This document shows, piece after piece, positions 9,684 to 18,484 of a DNA stretch of 64,000 nucleotides. The notes beneath the pieces are model-generated. The model ran no database searches. It worked only from the letters and a program-made list of their open reading frames with translations, and was not told the origin of the DNA. Numbering within the stretch: position 1 is the first letter of the stretch; each line of letters opens with the position of its first letter. Source of the stretch: Bacilli bacterium (lineage in GTDB: Bacteria; Bacillota_I; Bacilli_A; RF39; UBA660); assembly GCA_017405445.1 (NCBI GenBank), contig JAFRAK010000007.1:28321-92320 (forward strand), given 5' to 3'. The position numbers and the translations under genes are program-made.

Positions 9684-12600
9684 ATGATGAAAATTATGGA
9701 TGGTAATGAAGCTGCTGCTCATGTATCTTATAACTTTACAGAAGTAGCTGGAATTTACCCAATTACGCCAGCATCTCCTATGGCAGAGTTGACGGATAAA
9801 TGGAGTAGTGAAGGAAAATTAAATTATTTTGGTACCCCAGTAAAAGTAGTAGAAATGGAATCTGAAGCAGGAGCTGCAGGTATGGTCCATGGTTCCTTAC
9901 AAGCAGGAGCTTTGACAACAACTTATACAGCTTCTCAAGGTTTATTATTAATGATTCCAAATATGTATAAAATAGCTGGAGAATTATTACCTTGTGTTAT
10001 TAATGTAGCAGCTAGATCTTTAGCAACACACGCATTAAGTATCTTCGGAGATCATCAAGATATTTATGCAACACGTGCAACAGGTTTTGCTATGCTTGCA
10101 GAAAGTTCTGTACAAGAAGTAATGGATTTAACAGGAGTAGCTCATTTAAGTGCAATTAAAGGAAGTGTTCCATTCCTAAACTTTTTTGATGGATTTAGAA
10201 CCAGTCATGAATTACAAAAAGTAGAAGTAATTGATACTGATAAATTAAAAAATTTAATTGATAAAAAAGCATTACAAGAATTTAGAAATAGAGCCATGAA
10301 TCCTAATAAACCAAGTATACGTGGTACTGCTCAAAACGGAGATATTTATTTCCAAGCAGCAGAAGTAAGAAATAAATATTATGATGAAGTACCAGATATT
10401 GTTAATGAGTATATGACAGATATTAATAAACTAACTGGTAAGGATTATAAACCATTTAATTATTATGGAAATCCTAATGCAACAAAGATTATAGTTGCGA
10501 TGGGTTCTGTCTGTGAAACAGTAAAAGAAACAGTAGAATATTTATATGAAGAAAAAAATGAAGCAGTAGGATTATTAGAAGTTCATTTATATAGACCATT
10601 CAGTTCGAAATATTTCTTAAAAGAATTACCAAAAACAGTTAAGAAAATTGCAGTACTAGATCGTACCAAAGAACCAGGAAGCAATGGAGAACCATTATAT
10701 TTAGATGTTTGTAGAGTAATAAAAGAAATTGATGCTAGAGTAAGTGTATATGGTGGAAGATATGGATTATCTAGTAAGAATACTACTCCAGCAATGATTA
10801 AAGGAGTATTTGATTTCCTAGATACTAGGGATGTTCATAGTAACTTTACAGTAGGTATAGAAGATGATGTTACAAAACTAAGTATCCCATATGATGATAA
10901 ATTTATGCTACCAAGTAAGAATATAGAATTCTTAATTTATGGTTATGGTAGTGATGGAATGGTTTCAGCATCAAAAGATTTAATGAAAATAACAGGAACT
11001 TATACAAATGCTTATGTACAAGGTTATTACCAATACGACTCTAAAAAGAGTGGTGGAATAACAATCTCCCATTTACGTTTTGGTAAAAAGCCAATTCATT
11101 CTACTTATTATGTTGAAAGTGCAAGTTTAATTGTTTGTACGAAAGATAGTTATTTAAAAAGAATGAAAATGCTAGATAAGATTAAACAAGAAGGAACATT
11201 TATTTTAAATACCAGTATGACTCCTGATGAAGTATTATCTACTATGAGTAATCAAGATAAAAAGATTCTTCAAAAGAAGAATATTAAGATGTATATAATA
11301 GATGCTTCTAAAATAGCAAGTGATTGTGGTCTACCTGGAAAAATTAGTGCTATTATGGAAACAATTATCTTTAAATTAGGAAAGATTGTAGATTTTAATT
11401 TTGCAGTTGAAAAAATAAAAGAAAACTTAAATGCAAAATTTGCAAATAAAGGTGGAAATATAGCAGAAAAAAATATTAAAGCAATCGATAATGCAGTAGA
11501 AAAACTAGTATCTGTAAAAATACCATATGTAGATTATGATAAAGAAATAGAACCTAAAAAATCTATGTTTGAAATTATTGATAATATGGATGGAGATTCG
11601 CTACCAGTAAGTACTTTCATTAAGATGCCAAATGGAGAATTTGAAGCTGGTACTTCTAAATTAGATAAGAGAGATAGTAGTGAAGTAGCACCTAGTTATT
11701 GTCCTGAAAACTGTATTGAATGTAATATGTGTAGTTTGGTATGTCCACATGCAGTAGTAAGACCTTTCTTATTAGATGAAAAAGAAGTAATGGATGCTCC
11801 AGAATCAGTTACTAGAGATTTGAAAGATGCTAATATCAAAGACCAAGATTATAAATTTACAATTGGTGTTAGTATTGAAGATTGTACAGGATGTGGATTA
11901 TGTGCTGAAATGTGTCCTGGAAAACAAGGTGCTAAAGCTCTAGTTATGAAAATGAAACATGAACTTAGAGAAGATAAAAAAGATGAAGAGGCAAAATATC
12001 TTTTTGAAGAAGTAAAAGAAAAGAAAAATGTAATGCCTACAAACACTGTAAAAGGAAGTCAATTTGTTAAACCTAAATTTGAATTCCCAGGAGCATGTGC
12101 TGGATGTGGAGAAACTCCATATTTAAAACTATTAACTCAATTATTTGGAGATAGAATGATAGTAGCAAATGCTACAGGATGTTCTTCTATCTATGGAGCA
12201 AGTACTCCATCTATGCCTTATTCTATTCCATGGGCAAATTCATTATTTGAAGATAATGCAGAATTTGGATTTGGTATGAAAGTTGCTGATGAAGCAATGA
12301 AAAATCAAATTATTTCTCTAATTCAAACTAATAAAGATAAGATTAAGAAGAGTGAAAAAGAAATATACAATGCTTATTGTAAAGAACAAACATTAGAAAA
12401 TGCAGAAGCATTGATGAATATTATTGATGATACTTCTATTACAGAATTAAAAGATTTGAAAGACTTTATTATGCCTAAATCTGTATGGATGATTGGTGGA
12501 GATGGATGGGCATATGATATTGGTTACAATGGAATTGATCATGTCTTAGCTAATAATAAAAATGTAAATATCTTAGTTCTAGATACAGAAGTTTACTCAA

Positions 12601-13115
12601 ATACTGGAGGACAAGCATCTAAATCTACAAGAACTGGAGCTATTGCAAAATTTGCTGCAGGTGGAAAAGAAACAGCTAAGAAAAATTTAGCTAAAATGGC
12701 AATGAGTTATCCACATGTATTTGTTGGAACAATCTCTTTAGGAGCAAATCCAATGCAAGCAATTAGAGTTATGAAAGAAGCAGAAGCCTATGATGGACCA
12801 AGTATTATTATTGCTTATGCACCTTGTATTGCTCAAGGAATTATTAAAGGAATGAAGAATTCTATTAACGAAGAGCGTGATGCAACCAATTCTGGTTACT
12901 TCCCAATCTTCAGTTATAATCCAGCAAGTAAAGAATTTAAACTAGATAGTAAAGCAGATTTTACCAAATATGATGAATTTATGCTTGGAGAAGATCGTTA
13001 TAAATCCTTATCTAAAGTAAATAAAGAAGGATCAAAACTTCTATCACAGAATAAAGAACAAGCGGAAGAAACATTTAAGTATTATGAATCATTACTAAAT
13101 AAAGAAAGTGAATAA
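9684..13115 (+). CDS. nifJ: Pyruvate:ferredoxin (flavodoxin) oxidoreductase
   Basis: 1143 aa. N-terminal MDGNEAAAHVSYNFTEVAGIYPITPASPMAE. Two 4Fe-4S ferredoxin CxxCxxCxxxCP motifs. TPP domain GGDGWAYDIG. Confidence 0.92.
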   Translation: MMKIMDGNEAAAHVSYNFTEVAGIYPITPASPMAELTDKWSSEGKLNYFGTPVKVVEMESEAGAAGMVHGSLQAGALTTTYTASQGLLLMIPNMYKIAGELLPCVINVAARSLATHALSIFGDHQDIYATRATGFAMLAESSVQEVMDLTGVAHLSAIKGSVPFLNFFDGFRTSHELQKVEVIDTDKLKNLIDKKALQEFRNRAMNPNKPSIRGTAQNGDIYFQAAEVRNKYYDEVPDIVNEYMTDINKLTGKDYKPFNYYGNPNATKIIVAMGSVCETVKETVEYLYEEKNEAVGLLEVHLYRPFSSKYFLKELPKTVKKIAVLDRTKEPGSNGEPLYLDVCRVIKEIDARVSVYGGRYGLSSKNTTPAMIKGVFDFLDTRDVHSNFTVGIEDDVTKLSIPYDDKFMLPSKNIEFLIYGYGSDGMVSASKDLMKITGTYTNAYVQGYYQYDSKKSGGITISHLRFGKKPIHSTYYVESASLIVCTKDSYLKRMKMLDKIKQEGTFILNTSMTPDEVLSTMSNQDKKILQKKNIKMYIIDASKIASDCGLPGKISAIMETIIFKLGKIVDFNFAVEKIKENLNAKFANKGGNIAEKNIKAIDNAVEKLVSVKIPYVDYDKEIEPKKSMFEIIDNMDGDSLPVSTFIKMPNGEFEAGTSKLDKRDSSEVAPSYCPENCIECNMCSLVCPHAVVRPFLLDEKEVMDAPESVTRDLKDANIKDQDYKFTIGVSIEDCTGCGLCAEMCPGKQGAKALVMKMKHELREDKKDEEAKYLFEEVKEKKNVMPTNTVKGSQFVKPKFEFPGACAGCGETPYLKLLTQLFGDRMIVANATGCSSIYGASTPSMPYSIPWANSLFEDNAEFGFGMKVADEAMKNQIISLIQTNKDKIKKSEKEIYNAYCKEQTLENAEALMNIIDDTSITELKDLKDFIMPKSVWMIGGDGWAYDIGYNGIDHVLANNKNVNILVLDTEVYSNTGGQASKSTRTGAIAKFAAGGKETAKKNLAKMAMSYPHVFVGTISLGANPMQAIRVMKEAEAYDGPSIIIAYAPCIAQGIIKGMKNSINEERDATNSGYFPIFSYNPASKEFKLDSKADFTKYDEFMLGEDRYKSLSKVNKEGSKLLSQNKEQAEETFKYYESLLNKESE

Positions 13116-13177
13116 AAAACTTTCTTTTTTTGGTGTTATATGTTATAATATAACGCAATTGAAATGAGGGGACTATT

Positions 13178-13576
13178 ATGAATAAGAAAGAAGACTTCGG
13201 ATTAGAAGAATATGATGGAAAACATCATGATTTAGATGAAGATATTGATGATGATAGAGAAAAAATAGATATTGATTATCAAAATTTTAATCATCCAGGA
13301 GATTTTGATGTAGACGAAGATTATTTAGAAGATGAATATTCACCTGAAAGTTTAGATAATCATTATAGAGATGATTTATCATCATTAGATACATTAAGAT
13401 CATTCTTTAAATGGTTTGGTATCGTAGGAATGATTATTGCATTTATACTAGTAATATATTTTATTTCTAGAGGAAAAATCTTGGGATTAATATTATATTT
13501 ATTATTATTAGTAGGATCCTACTTTTTAGGATATTTCTTAATGTTTTTATACGTAACAAATTATTATCAGAAATAA
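13178..13576 (+). CDS. Hypothetical acidic protein with C-terminal transmembrane helices
   Basis: ORF with Asp/Glu-rich N-terminal half and two hydrophobic segments, followed by a strong terminator. Confidence 0.5.
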   Translation: MNKKEDFGLEEYDGKHHDLDEDIDDDREKIDIDYQNFNHPGDFDVDEDYLEDEYSPESLDNHYRDDLSSLDTLRSFFKWFGIVGMIIAFILVIYFISRGKILGLILYLLLLVGSYFLGYFLMFLYVTNYYQK

Positions 13577-13580
13577 CAAA

Positions 13581-13610
13581 AAGAAGACGTCGGCAACGTC
13601 TTCTTTTACT
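13581..13610 (+). terminator. Rho-independent terminator
   Basis: AAGAAGACGtcggcaaCGTCTTCTT followed by T-rich tract. Confidence 0.7.
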
Positions 13611-13890
13611 TTCTATCTAAGAGGCTGTCCCCCTGAGGCCAGCCTCCAAAAAGAATAAAAAGGGGTTGGCTAGTGTGATACTAGCGACCAATTCGCCTAA
13701 TTCCGAATTGGTGATACTTATACTAATCGAAATAGAGCAATTTGTCAATAAAAAATCGAAAAAAAAATCATTTTTTTTCATTGATAAAACAATGATTTAT
13801 GTAATTACTGACAATTTATAAAAAACACTTATAAAAATCAAAAAAAAAGTACATTTTTTTCTTTGAAAGATAAGTAGTTTATGATATAAT

Positions 13891-15912
13891 ATGCAAGAAG
13901 GAAGTGGTTGTGTGGCAGAGCTCAAAGATGTCAAAGGAATAGGACCAAAATCTCTTTCTTTATTAAATAAAATAGGAATTAATACCATAGAAGATTTAGT
14001 AACTCATTATCCATTTCGTTATGATATTTTAGAAAGAAATGATCTAACTAAAATAGAAGATGGAGAAAAAATTATTATTGATGGAAAAGTAGAAAGTGTT
14101 CCTATTTTAATGAGATTTAAACAAGGTCTAAATAAAATGAATTTTAGATTAGTAACACAATCAGGTGTTGTAGGAGTATCTATCTTTAATAGAGCATTTT
14201 TAAAGAATCAATTAAGTGTAGGTACTGGTATTACTGTAATTGGTAAATTAGATAAATCTAAAAATGTTATTACTGCAAGTGAGATTAAAATGGATTTATT
14301 ATCTAATAGTGTAAAAATTGAACCTGTATATCATTGTACTAGTGGATTAACAAATAAGAATATGTCTACATATATTAATATGGCATTATTAATGTATGGA
14401 AAAACAATACCAGATTATATTCCAGAGGAATATATTGAAAAGTATAATTTTTTAAATAAAAAGACTTCTCTAAATGTAATTCATAATCCAAGTACTGCTG
14501 ATAAATTAAAAGAAGTAACGATAAGATTAAAATATGAAGAGTTATTTGAATTCATGTTTAAGATTAATTATTTAAAACAATTAAATAAGATTAAGAATAA
14601 TGGTTTAGAAAGAGTCATTGATCATGCTGAAATAGAAAAATTTATGAAGAAAATACCATTTGATTTAACAAATGACCAAAAAAAAGCTGTAGATGAAATA
14701 ATTACAGATTTAGAAGCACCACATCGTATGAATCGATTACTTCAAGGAGATGTTGGATCTGGTAAAACAATTGTTTCTTTTATTGGAATGTATGCCAATT
14801 ATTTAAGTGGATATCAAAGTGCTTTAATGGCACCTACTGAAATACTTGCAACTCAACATTATAATAACTTAGTAGAGTTTTTAAAAGGAACAAAAGTAAA
14901 AGTAGCATTATTAACTGGTTCAACACCAAAAAAAGAAAAAACTGAAATCTATAATGGATTAAAAGAGGGAAGTATTCATATGGTAATTGGTACTCATGCT
15001 TTAATCCAAGATGAAGTAGATTATTATAATCTAGGTTTAGTAATTACTGATGAACAACATCGTTTTGGAGTTCATCAAAGAGCTAATTTACAAAATAAAG
15101 GAAAAACACCAGATGTTTTATATATGAGCGCAACACCAATTCCAAGAACTTATGCACTCACAATCTTTGGAGATATGGATGTATCAACAATTAAAGAAAG
15201 ACCAAAAGGTAGACAAAAAATAGATACAGTGGTTAAAAAAACAAGCGAAATTAAAGAAGTATTAGAGTTGATGTATAAAGAATTAAAAGAAGGACATCAA
15301 GTTTATGTAATTGCTCCATTAATTGAAGAAAGTGAAAATAGTGATCTAACAACAGTAAATGAGTTAAAGGATCAAATGAAATTAGCTTTCAAAGATTTAT
15401 ATAAGATTGATATTGTACATGGTAAGATGGCTGGAGGAGCAAAAGACATTATCATGGAACAATTTAAAGAGAATAAAGTTCAAATATTAATATCTACTAC
15501 GGTAGTAGAAGTAGGAGTAGATGTACCAAATGCTACAACAATGGTTATTTTTGATGCAGATCGCTTTGGATTATCAACTCTACATCAATTACGAGGAAGA
15601 GTAGGTAGAGGAACATCAAAAAGTCAATGTATCTTAATAAGTGATAGTGATACAGAAAGATTAAAAATCATGGAAAGAGAAGATGATGGATTTATCATTT
15701 CTGAAGAAGATTTTAAATTAAGAGGACATGGTGATTTATTTGGAACAAAACAATCAGGAGATATGTCATTTAAAATTGCAAGTATTAAAAATGATTATAA
15801 AATCTTACTACAAGCAAAAAAAGATTCCAAAGAATACTTATTAAATAAAGAGACAGATCAAGATGAATTAAAAATAAAACTAATCCATTCGATCTCAACT
15901 AAAGAATCATAA
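13891..15912 (+). CDS. recG: ATP-dependent DNA helicase RecG
   Basis: Helicase motifs LLQGDVGSGKT, DEQHRFGV, LRGRVGRG. Wedge/N-terminal HhH region. The true start may be the in-frame GTG at 13912, because ATG 13891 directly abuts a TGATATAAT -10 element. Confidence 0.88.
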   Translation: MQEGSGCVAELKDVKGIGPKSLSLLNKIGINTIEDLVTHYPFRYDILERNDLTKIEDGEKIIIDGKVESVPILMRFKQGLNKMNFRLVTQSGVVGVSIFNRAFLKNQLSVGTGITVIGKLDKSKNVITASEIKMDLLSNSVKIEPVYHCTSGLTNKNMSTYINMALLMYGKTIPDYIPEEYIEKYNFLNKKTSLNVIHNPSTADKLKEVTIRLKYEELFEFMFKINYLKQLNKIKNNGLERVIDHAEIEKFMKKIPFDLTNDQKKAVDEIITDLEAPHRMNRLLQGDVGSGKTIVSFIGMYANYLSGYQSALMAPTEILATQHYNNLVEFLKGTKVKVALLTGSTPKKEKTEIYNGLKEGSIHMVIGTHALIQDEVDYYNLGLVITDEQHRFGVHQRANLQNKGKTPDVLYMSATPIPRTYALTIFGDMDVSTIKERPKGRQKIDTVVKKTSEIKEVLELMYKELKEGHQVYVIAPLIEESENSDLTTVNELKDQMKLAFKDLYKIDIVHGKMAGGAKDIIMEQFKENKVQILISTTVVEVGVDVPNATTMVIFDADRFGLSTLHQLRGRVGRGTSKSQCILISDSDTERLKIMEREDDGFIISEEDFKLRGHGDLFGTKQSGDMSFKIASIKNDYKILLQAKKDSKEYLLNKETDQDELKIKLIHSISTKES

Positions 15913-15928
15913 CAAGGAGGAAATGATT

Positions 15929-16285
15929 ATGGATATTGAAACATTTTTAGGAAATAAAGGATTTGAAATAGGAACAGATGGGGCAAAATACTTTTCTATG
16001 TTGTTAGAGGATGTTATCTTTGCCCTAGAAGAAAATATACCAAAAGAGATAATAAGAGAAAAAGTTATCCCATCTGCAAAAGATTTTTATTATCGTTTTC
16101 ACAGAGTATCAAAAAAACAATATTTAAATAAAATAAACAAGTTTTGTAATACAATAATTATTGATGGTAATAAGACTATTACGACAGAAAATGTAGATGA
16201 TATGTTACTTCGTTTAGGAACAAAATATATCAAAGAAAACAAAGCAGAGAAAGTAAAATCATATCAAAAATGTAAAAAGAAATAA
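15929..16285 (+). CDS. Hypothetical protein (about 118 aa)
   Basis: ORF after recG. AGGAGG RBS 8 nt upstream of ATG 15929. Confidence 0.5.
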   Translation: MDIETFLGNKGFEIGTDGAKYFSMLLEDVIFALEENIPKEIIREKVIPSAKDFYYRFHRVSKKQYLNKINKFCNTIIIDGNKTITTENVDDMLLRLGTKYIKENKAEKVKSYQKCKKK

Positions 16286-16401
16286 AATTTGAAAATGGAA
16301 TTGACTTTTTCAAATTTATACCTTATGATTAAAGTACGTGATAGTAAATATCACGTGAGTAATATCTCTAACGACTTTATGTTAGAGTATATTCAACCGA
16401 A

Positions 16402-16480
16402 CCCCCTGAAGACACTGTCGAGAGACAGTGTCACTTTTGTTTATAAGGGTTTTCGAAACTTTGAATTTTTTCTAGATACC
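16402..16480. repeat. Repeat R1: CCCCCTGAAG + 9-bp perfect inverted repeat GACACTGTC-gaga-GACAGTGTC + TTTATAAGGGTTTT + ttttctagata tail
   Basis: Seen directly. Near-identical copies at 17030 and 19926. C5 run is conspicuous in this AT-rich DNA. Confidence 0.85.
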
Positions 16481-16554
16481 ATACAGATACCAAAAATTCG
16501 AAAATATTTGAAAATTTTAACTGTTTATTTTAGTTTGTATGCGTTTATGGTATT

Positions 16555-16583
16555 TTGACAAAGATATAAAAGTATGTTATTAT
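16555..16583 (+). promoter_or_regulatory. Sigma-A-type promoter (TTGACA-17 nt-TATTAT) driving a short + strand transcript
   Basis: Consensus -35 at 16555-16560, 17-nt spacer, -10 at 16578-16583. Confidence 0.6.
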
Positions 16584-16610
16584 GTATACAGATGAGGGAA
16601 ACTTCATAAA

Positions 16611-16660
16611 ATAAAAAAAGGGAACATTCAGTTTTCGCAAGTTGAATGTCTACCCTAAAT
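16611..16660 (-). terminator. Minus-strand rho-independent terminator for the small-peptide mRNA
   Basis: On minus strand GGGuaGACAUUCA...UGAAUGUUCCC followed by U7. Confidence 0.6.
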
Positions 16661-16668
16661 TGGGTTTT

Positions 16669-16705
16669 GACACTTAATCAGTGCTGATTAGAGTGTCATT
16701 TTTTT
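16669..16705 (+). terminator. Plus-strand rho-independent terminator (also forms a hairpin in the minus-strand mRNA around its stop codon)
   Basis: GACACTTAATCAGtgCTGATTAGAGTGTC followed by T7. Confidence 0.65.
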
Positions 16706-16788
16706 ATTACTAAAACCAGTAAGGTTAAGAGTAGTAAAATGAGTGATATGTAGCGAAGCAACTTTATGTTGTATTCACGTTTTTTCAT
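16696..16788 (-). CDS. 30-aa hydrophobic peptide MKKREYNIKLLRYISLILLLLTLLVLVIKK, type I toxin-like small membrane protein
   Basis: Hand-translated. GGAGGT RBS 8 nt upstream. Own promoter and terminator. Below the 60-aa ORF-track threshold. Confidence 0.5.
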   Translation of the reverse strand: MKKREYNIKLLRYISLILLLLTLLVLVIKK

Positions 16789-16854
16789 TCTCTCAAACCT
16801 CCTCTCTATGATGGATTGGAGGTAGACACTCAACAACTAAATGTTCCTAAGATT

Positions 16855-16882
16855 AGTATATCAAATATATGTTCTATGTCAA
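16855..16882 (-). promoter_or_regulatory. Minus-strand sigma-A-type promoter (TTGACA-16 nt-TATACT) for the small-peptide gene
   Basis: Reverse complement of 16855-16882 reads TTGACAtagaacatatatttgaTATACT. Confidence 0.55.
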
Positions 16883-17029
16883 TATATGTTTCTAGATACC
16901 AAATCCAGATACTAATTGTAAAAAAACAAGATGTTTTTATAAACCTTAGTAAATTTAAAAAAATGAAAAAGCCTTATTTTATAAGACTTTAACTAATTAT
17001 TAAATTATTATGGGCTGGTTAATTAAATT

Positions 17030-17110
17030 CCCCCTGAAGAGACTGTCGAGAGACAGTGTCACTTTATTTTATAAGGGTTTTAAGAGTTGATAATCATTTT
17101 CTAGACGTAT
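17030..17110. repeat. Repeat R2 (copy of R1, one substitution in left arm of hairpin)
   Basis: CCCCCTGAAGAGACTGTCGAGAGACAGTGTCACTTTATTTTATAAGGGTTTT...ttttctagac. Confidence 0.85.
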
Positions 17111-17146
17111 TTCAAATATTTTGGTTATTTTATAAACTCTTTTTGT

Positions 17147-17155
17147 GTTATAATA
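17147..17155 (+). promoter_or_regulatory. Extended -10 promoter element TGtTATAAT
   Basis: Perfect TGnTATAAT. Would start a transcript near 17162. Confidence 0.45.
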
Positions 17156-17275
17156 AATATACAATTTACATTATCAAGAGCAAGGGAGAGAATTGGCTCA
17201 ATGATCTTGCACCAACCTATTTAGTTAGGTGGCAAAACCAACAAAGCATAGCTTTGAATGATAAATACGAATTAA

Positions 17276-17305
17276 CCTTATACGTTCGTATAAGGTTTTT
17301 CTTTT
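17276..17305 (+). terminator. Intrinsic terminator or attenuator about 30 nt upstream of the cassette's first RBS
   Basis: Perfect 20-nt palindrome CCTTATACGTTCGTATAAGG followed by TTTTTCTTTT. Confidence 0.55.
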
Positions 17306-17336
17306 CTTGATGGTGTCTATTGGGAAAGGAGAAATT

Positions 17337-17621
17337 ATGGAAAACTATATGAGTTACGGAAATGGAACTATAGGTGTTAGAGATGATGAATTATATGAGA
17401 ATTGGAATTCAGATTTTATTAAGTACCTAAAAGAAAGAGGTTTTAGTAACTGGGGACGCAAAGGTTATTTTTGTGGAAATGTATTATATGTTAATCTAAA
17501 TAGTAAAAGATATGCATTTAGTTGGCCTGGGGTTAAATTCACTGAACCTCTAGCATTAAAATATGTTTCAATTGAAGACTTTAAAAAAATATATGAAATA
17601 TTTGAAAAATATGATAAATAG
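17337..17621 (+). CDS. Hypothetical 95-aa protein, first gene of repeat-bounded cassette
   Basis: AAAGGAG RBS 5 nt upstream of ATG 17337. No recognisable motifs. Confidence 0.55.
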   Translation: MENYMSYGNGTIGVRDDELYENWNSDFIKYLKERGFSNWGRKGYFCGNVLYVNLNSKRYAFSWPGVKFTEPLALKYVSIEDFKKIYEIFEKYDK

Positions 17622-17674
17622 TAAATGATTGAAGATATATGTTATAATTTCTTATAAGAAATGGGTGATATTAT

Positions 17675-18451
17675 ATGACTTATTATAGTAACAGGCAAAT
17701 TAATAAGATGGTAAAAGATGCAATAGATAATTATTGCCCTCCTTCAACATATAAAAATAAAATGCCAACTGAGGAAGAATTTGGCATACAAGATATTGAT
17801 ATTGATCAAATAGAAAAAGAAAGAAACATATTTATGAAAAAAAAGGATAAATATGAAACTCTGATGGGTGCTTCGTTTATTTTTGGTTGTTTGCCTGCAT
17901 GGATAGTTTCATCTTTAGTTGGGCTATTATTTGAATTGTCAGACAATGCTTACATGTGGTTGTTTTCCGCTTCTTGGCTATTTTTAATTGTATTCTTCGG
18001 TATAATGAGTAGTAAAAAATATCCAAATGAAAAAACGTATGAAAAAACAAAAAAATATACTCAAGCAATATCTCAATATTATTGGTGGCAGGAAAGAAAG
18101 AAAAAGGATTTTTGGATTAAACTAGATGGAAGAAAGTTTGAAATTGAGGTAGCAAGAATATTTAAAAAATTAGGATATAAGACTAAAATATGCAAACAAG
18201 GTGGAGATGAAGGAGTAGATTTAGAAATAGAAAAAGAAGGAGTTTTAGAGATAGTTCAATGCAAAGCACATAAAGCAAAGGTATCTCCTTCAGTAGCAAG
18301 AGATTTATTAGGTACAATGTTAAATAAAAAAGTTAACCATTCATATTTAGTAACGTTAAATGGTGGTACTACTGGAACTATTGATTTTTGTAAAAAGAAC
18401 AACATTACTTTATGGGATATAGATGACATTATTAGATATGACAAAATGTAA
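17675..18451 (+). CDS. Membrane-anchored (2 TM) protein with C-terminal Mrr-like restriction-endonuclease catalytic domain
   Basis: FEIEVARIFKKLGYKTKICKQGGDEGVDLEIE...EIVQCKAHKAKV matches the Mrr_cat pattern (GxDxGxD...QCK). Two hydrophobic helices at residues about 65-115. Confidence 0.7.
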   Translation: MTYYSNRQINKMVKDAIDNYCPPSTYKNKMPTEEEFGIQDIDIDQIEKERNIFMKKKDKYETLMGASFIFGCLPAWIVSSLVGLLFELSDNAYMWLFSASWLFLIVFFGIMSSKKYPNEKTYEKTKKYTQAISQYYWWQERKKKDFWIKLDGRKFEIEVARIFKKLGYKTKICKQGGDEGVDLEIEKEGVLEIVQCKAHKAKVSPSVARDLLGTMLNKKVNHSYLVTLNGGTTGTIDFCKKNNITLWDIDDIIRYDKM

Positions 18452-18484
18452 TCTATATTAATTATTTGTATGGAGGTGATAGCA

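Larger units (their letters stand above)
16590..16706 (+). ncRNA. Candidate about 115-nt sRNA (putative type I antitoxin) ending in intrinsic terminator and overlapping the 3' end of the convergent small-peptide gene
   Basis: Promoter upstream. Two stem-loops (16622-16650 and 16669-16697). T7 at 16699-16705. No ORF. Confidence 0.4.

Noticed and set aside
13797-13988. Minus-strand track ORF in the recG upstream region
   Set aside because: It overlaps the recG promoter and start. It is AT-rich low complexity with no RBS.
16289-16558. Track ORF (89 aa) spanning repeat R1 and the sRNA promoter
   Set aside because: It runs straight through the C5-hairpin repeat and a consensus promoter. It has no RBS. 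It is better explained as non-coding repeat or regulatory DNA.
17056-17310. Track ORF (84 aa) spanning repeat R2 tail and the leader or terminator
   Set aside because: It overlaps the repeat, the extended -10 and a perfect-palindrome terminator. It has no RBS and is low-complexity.
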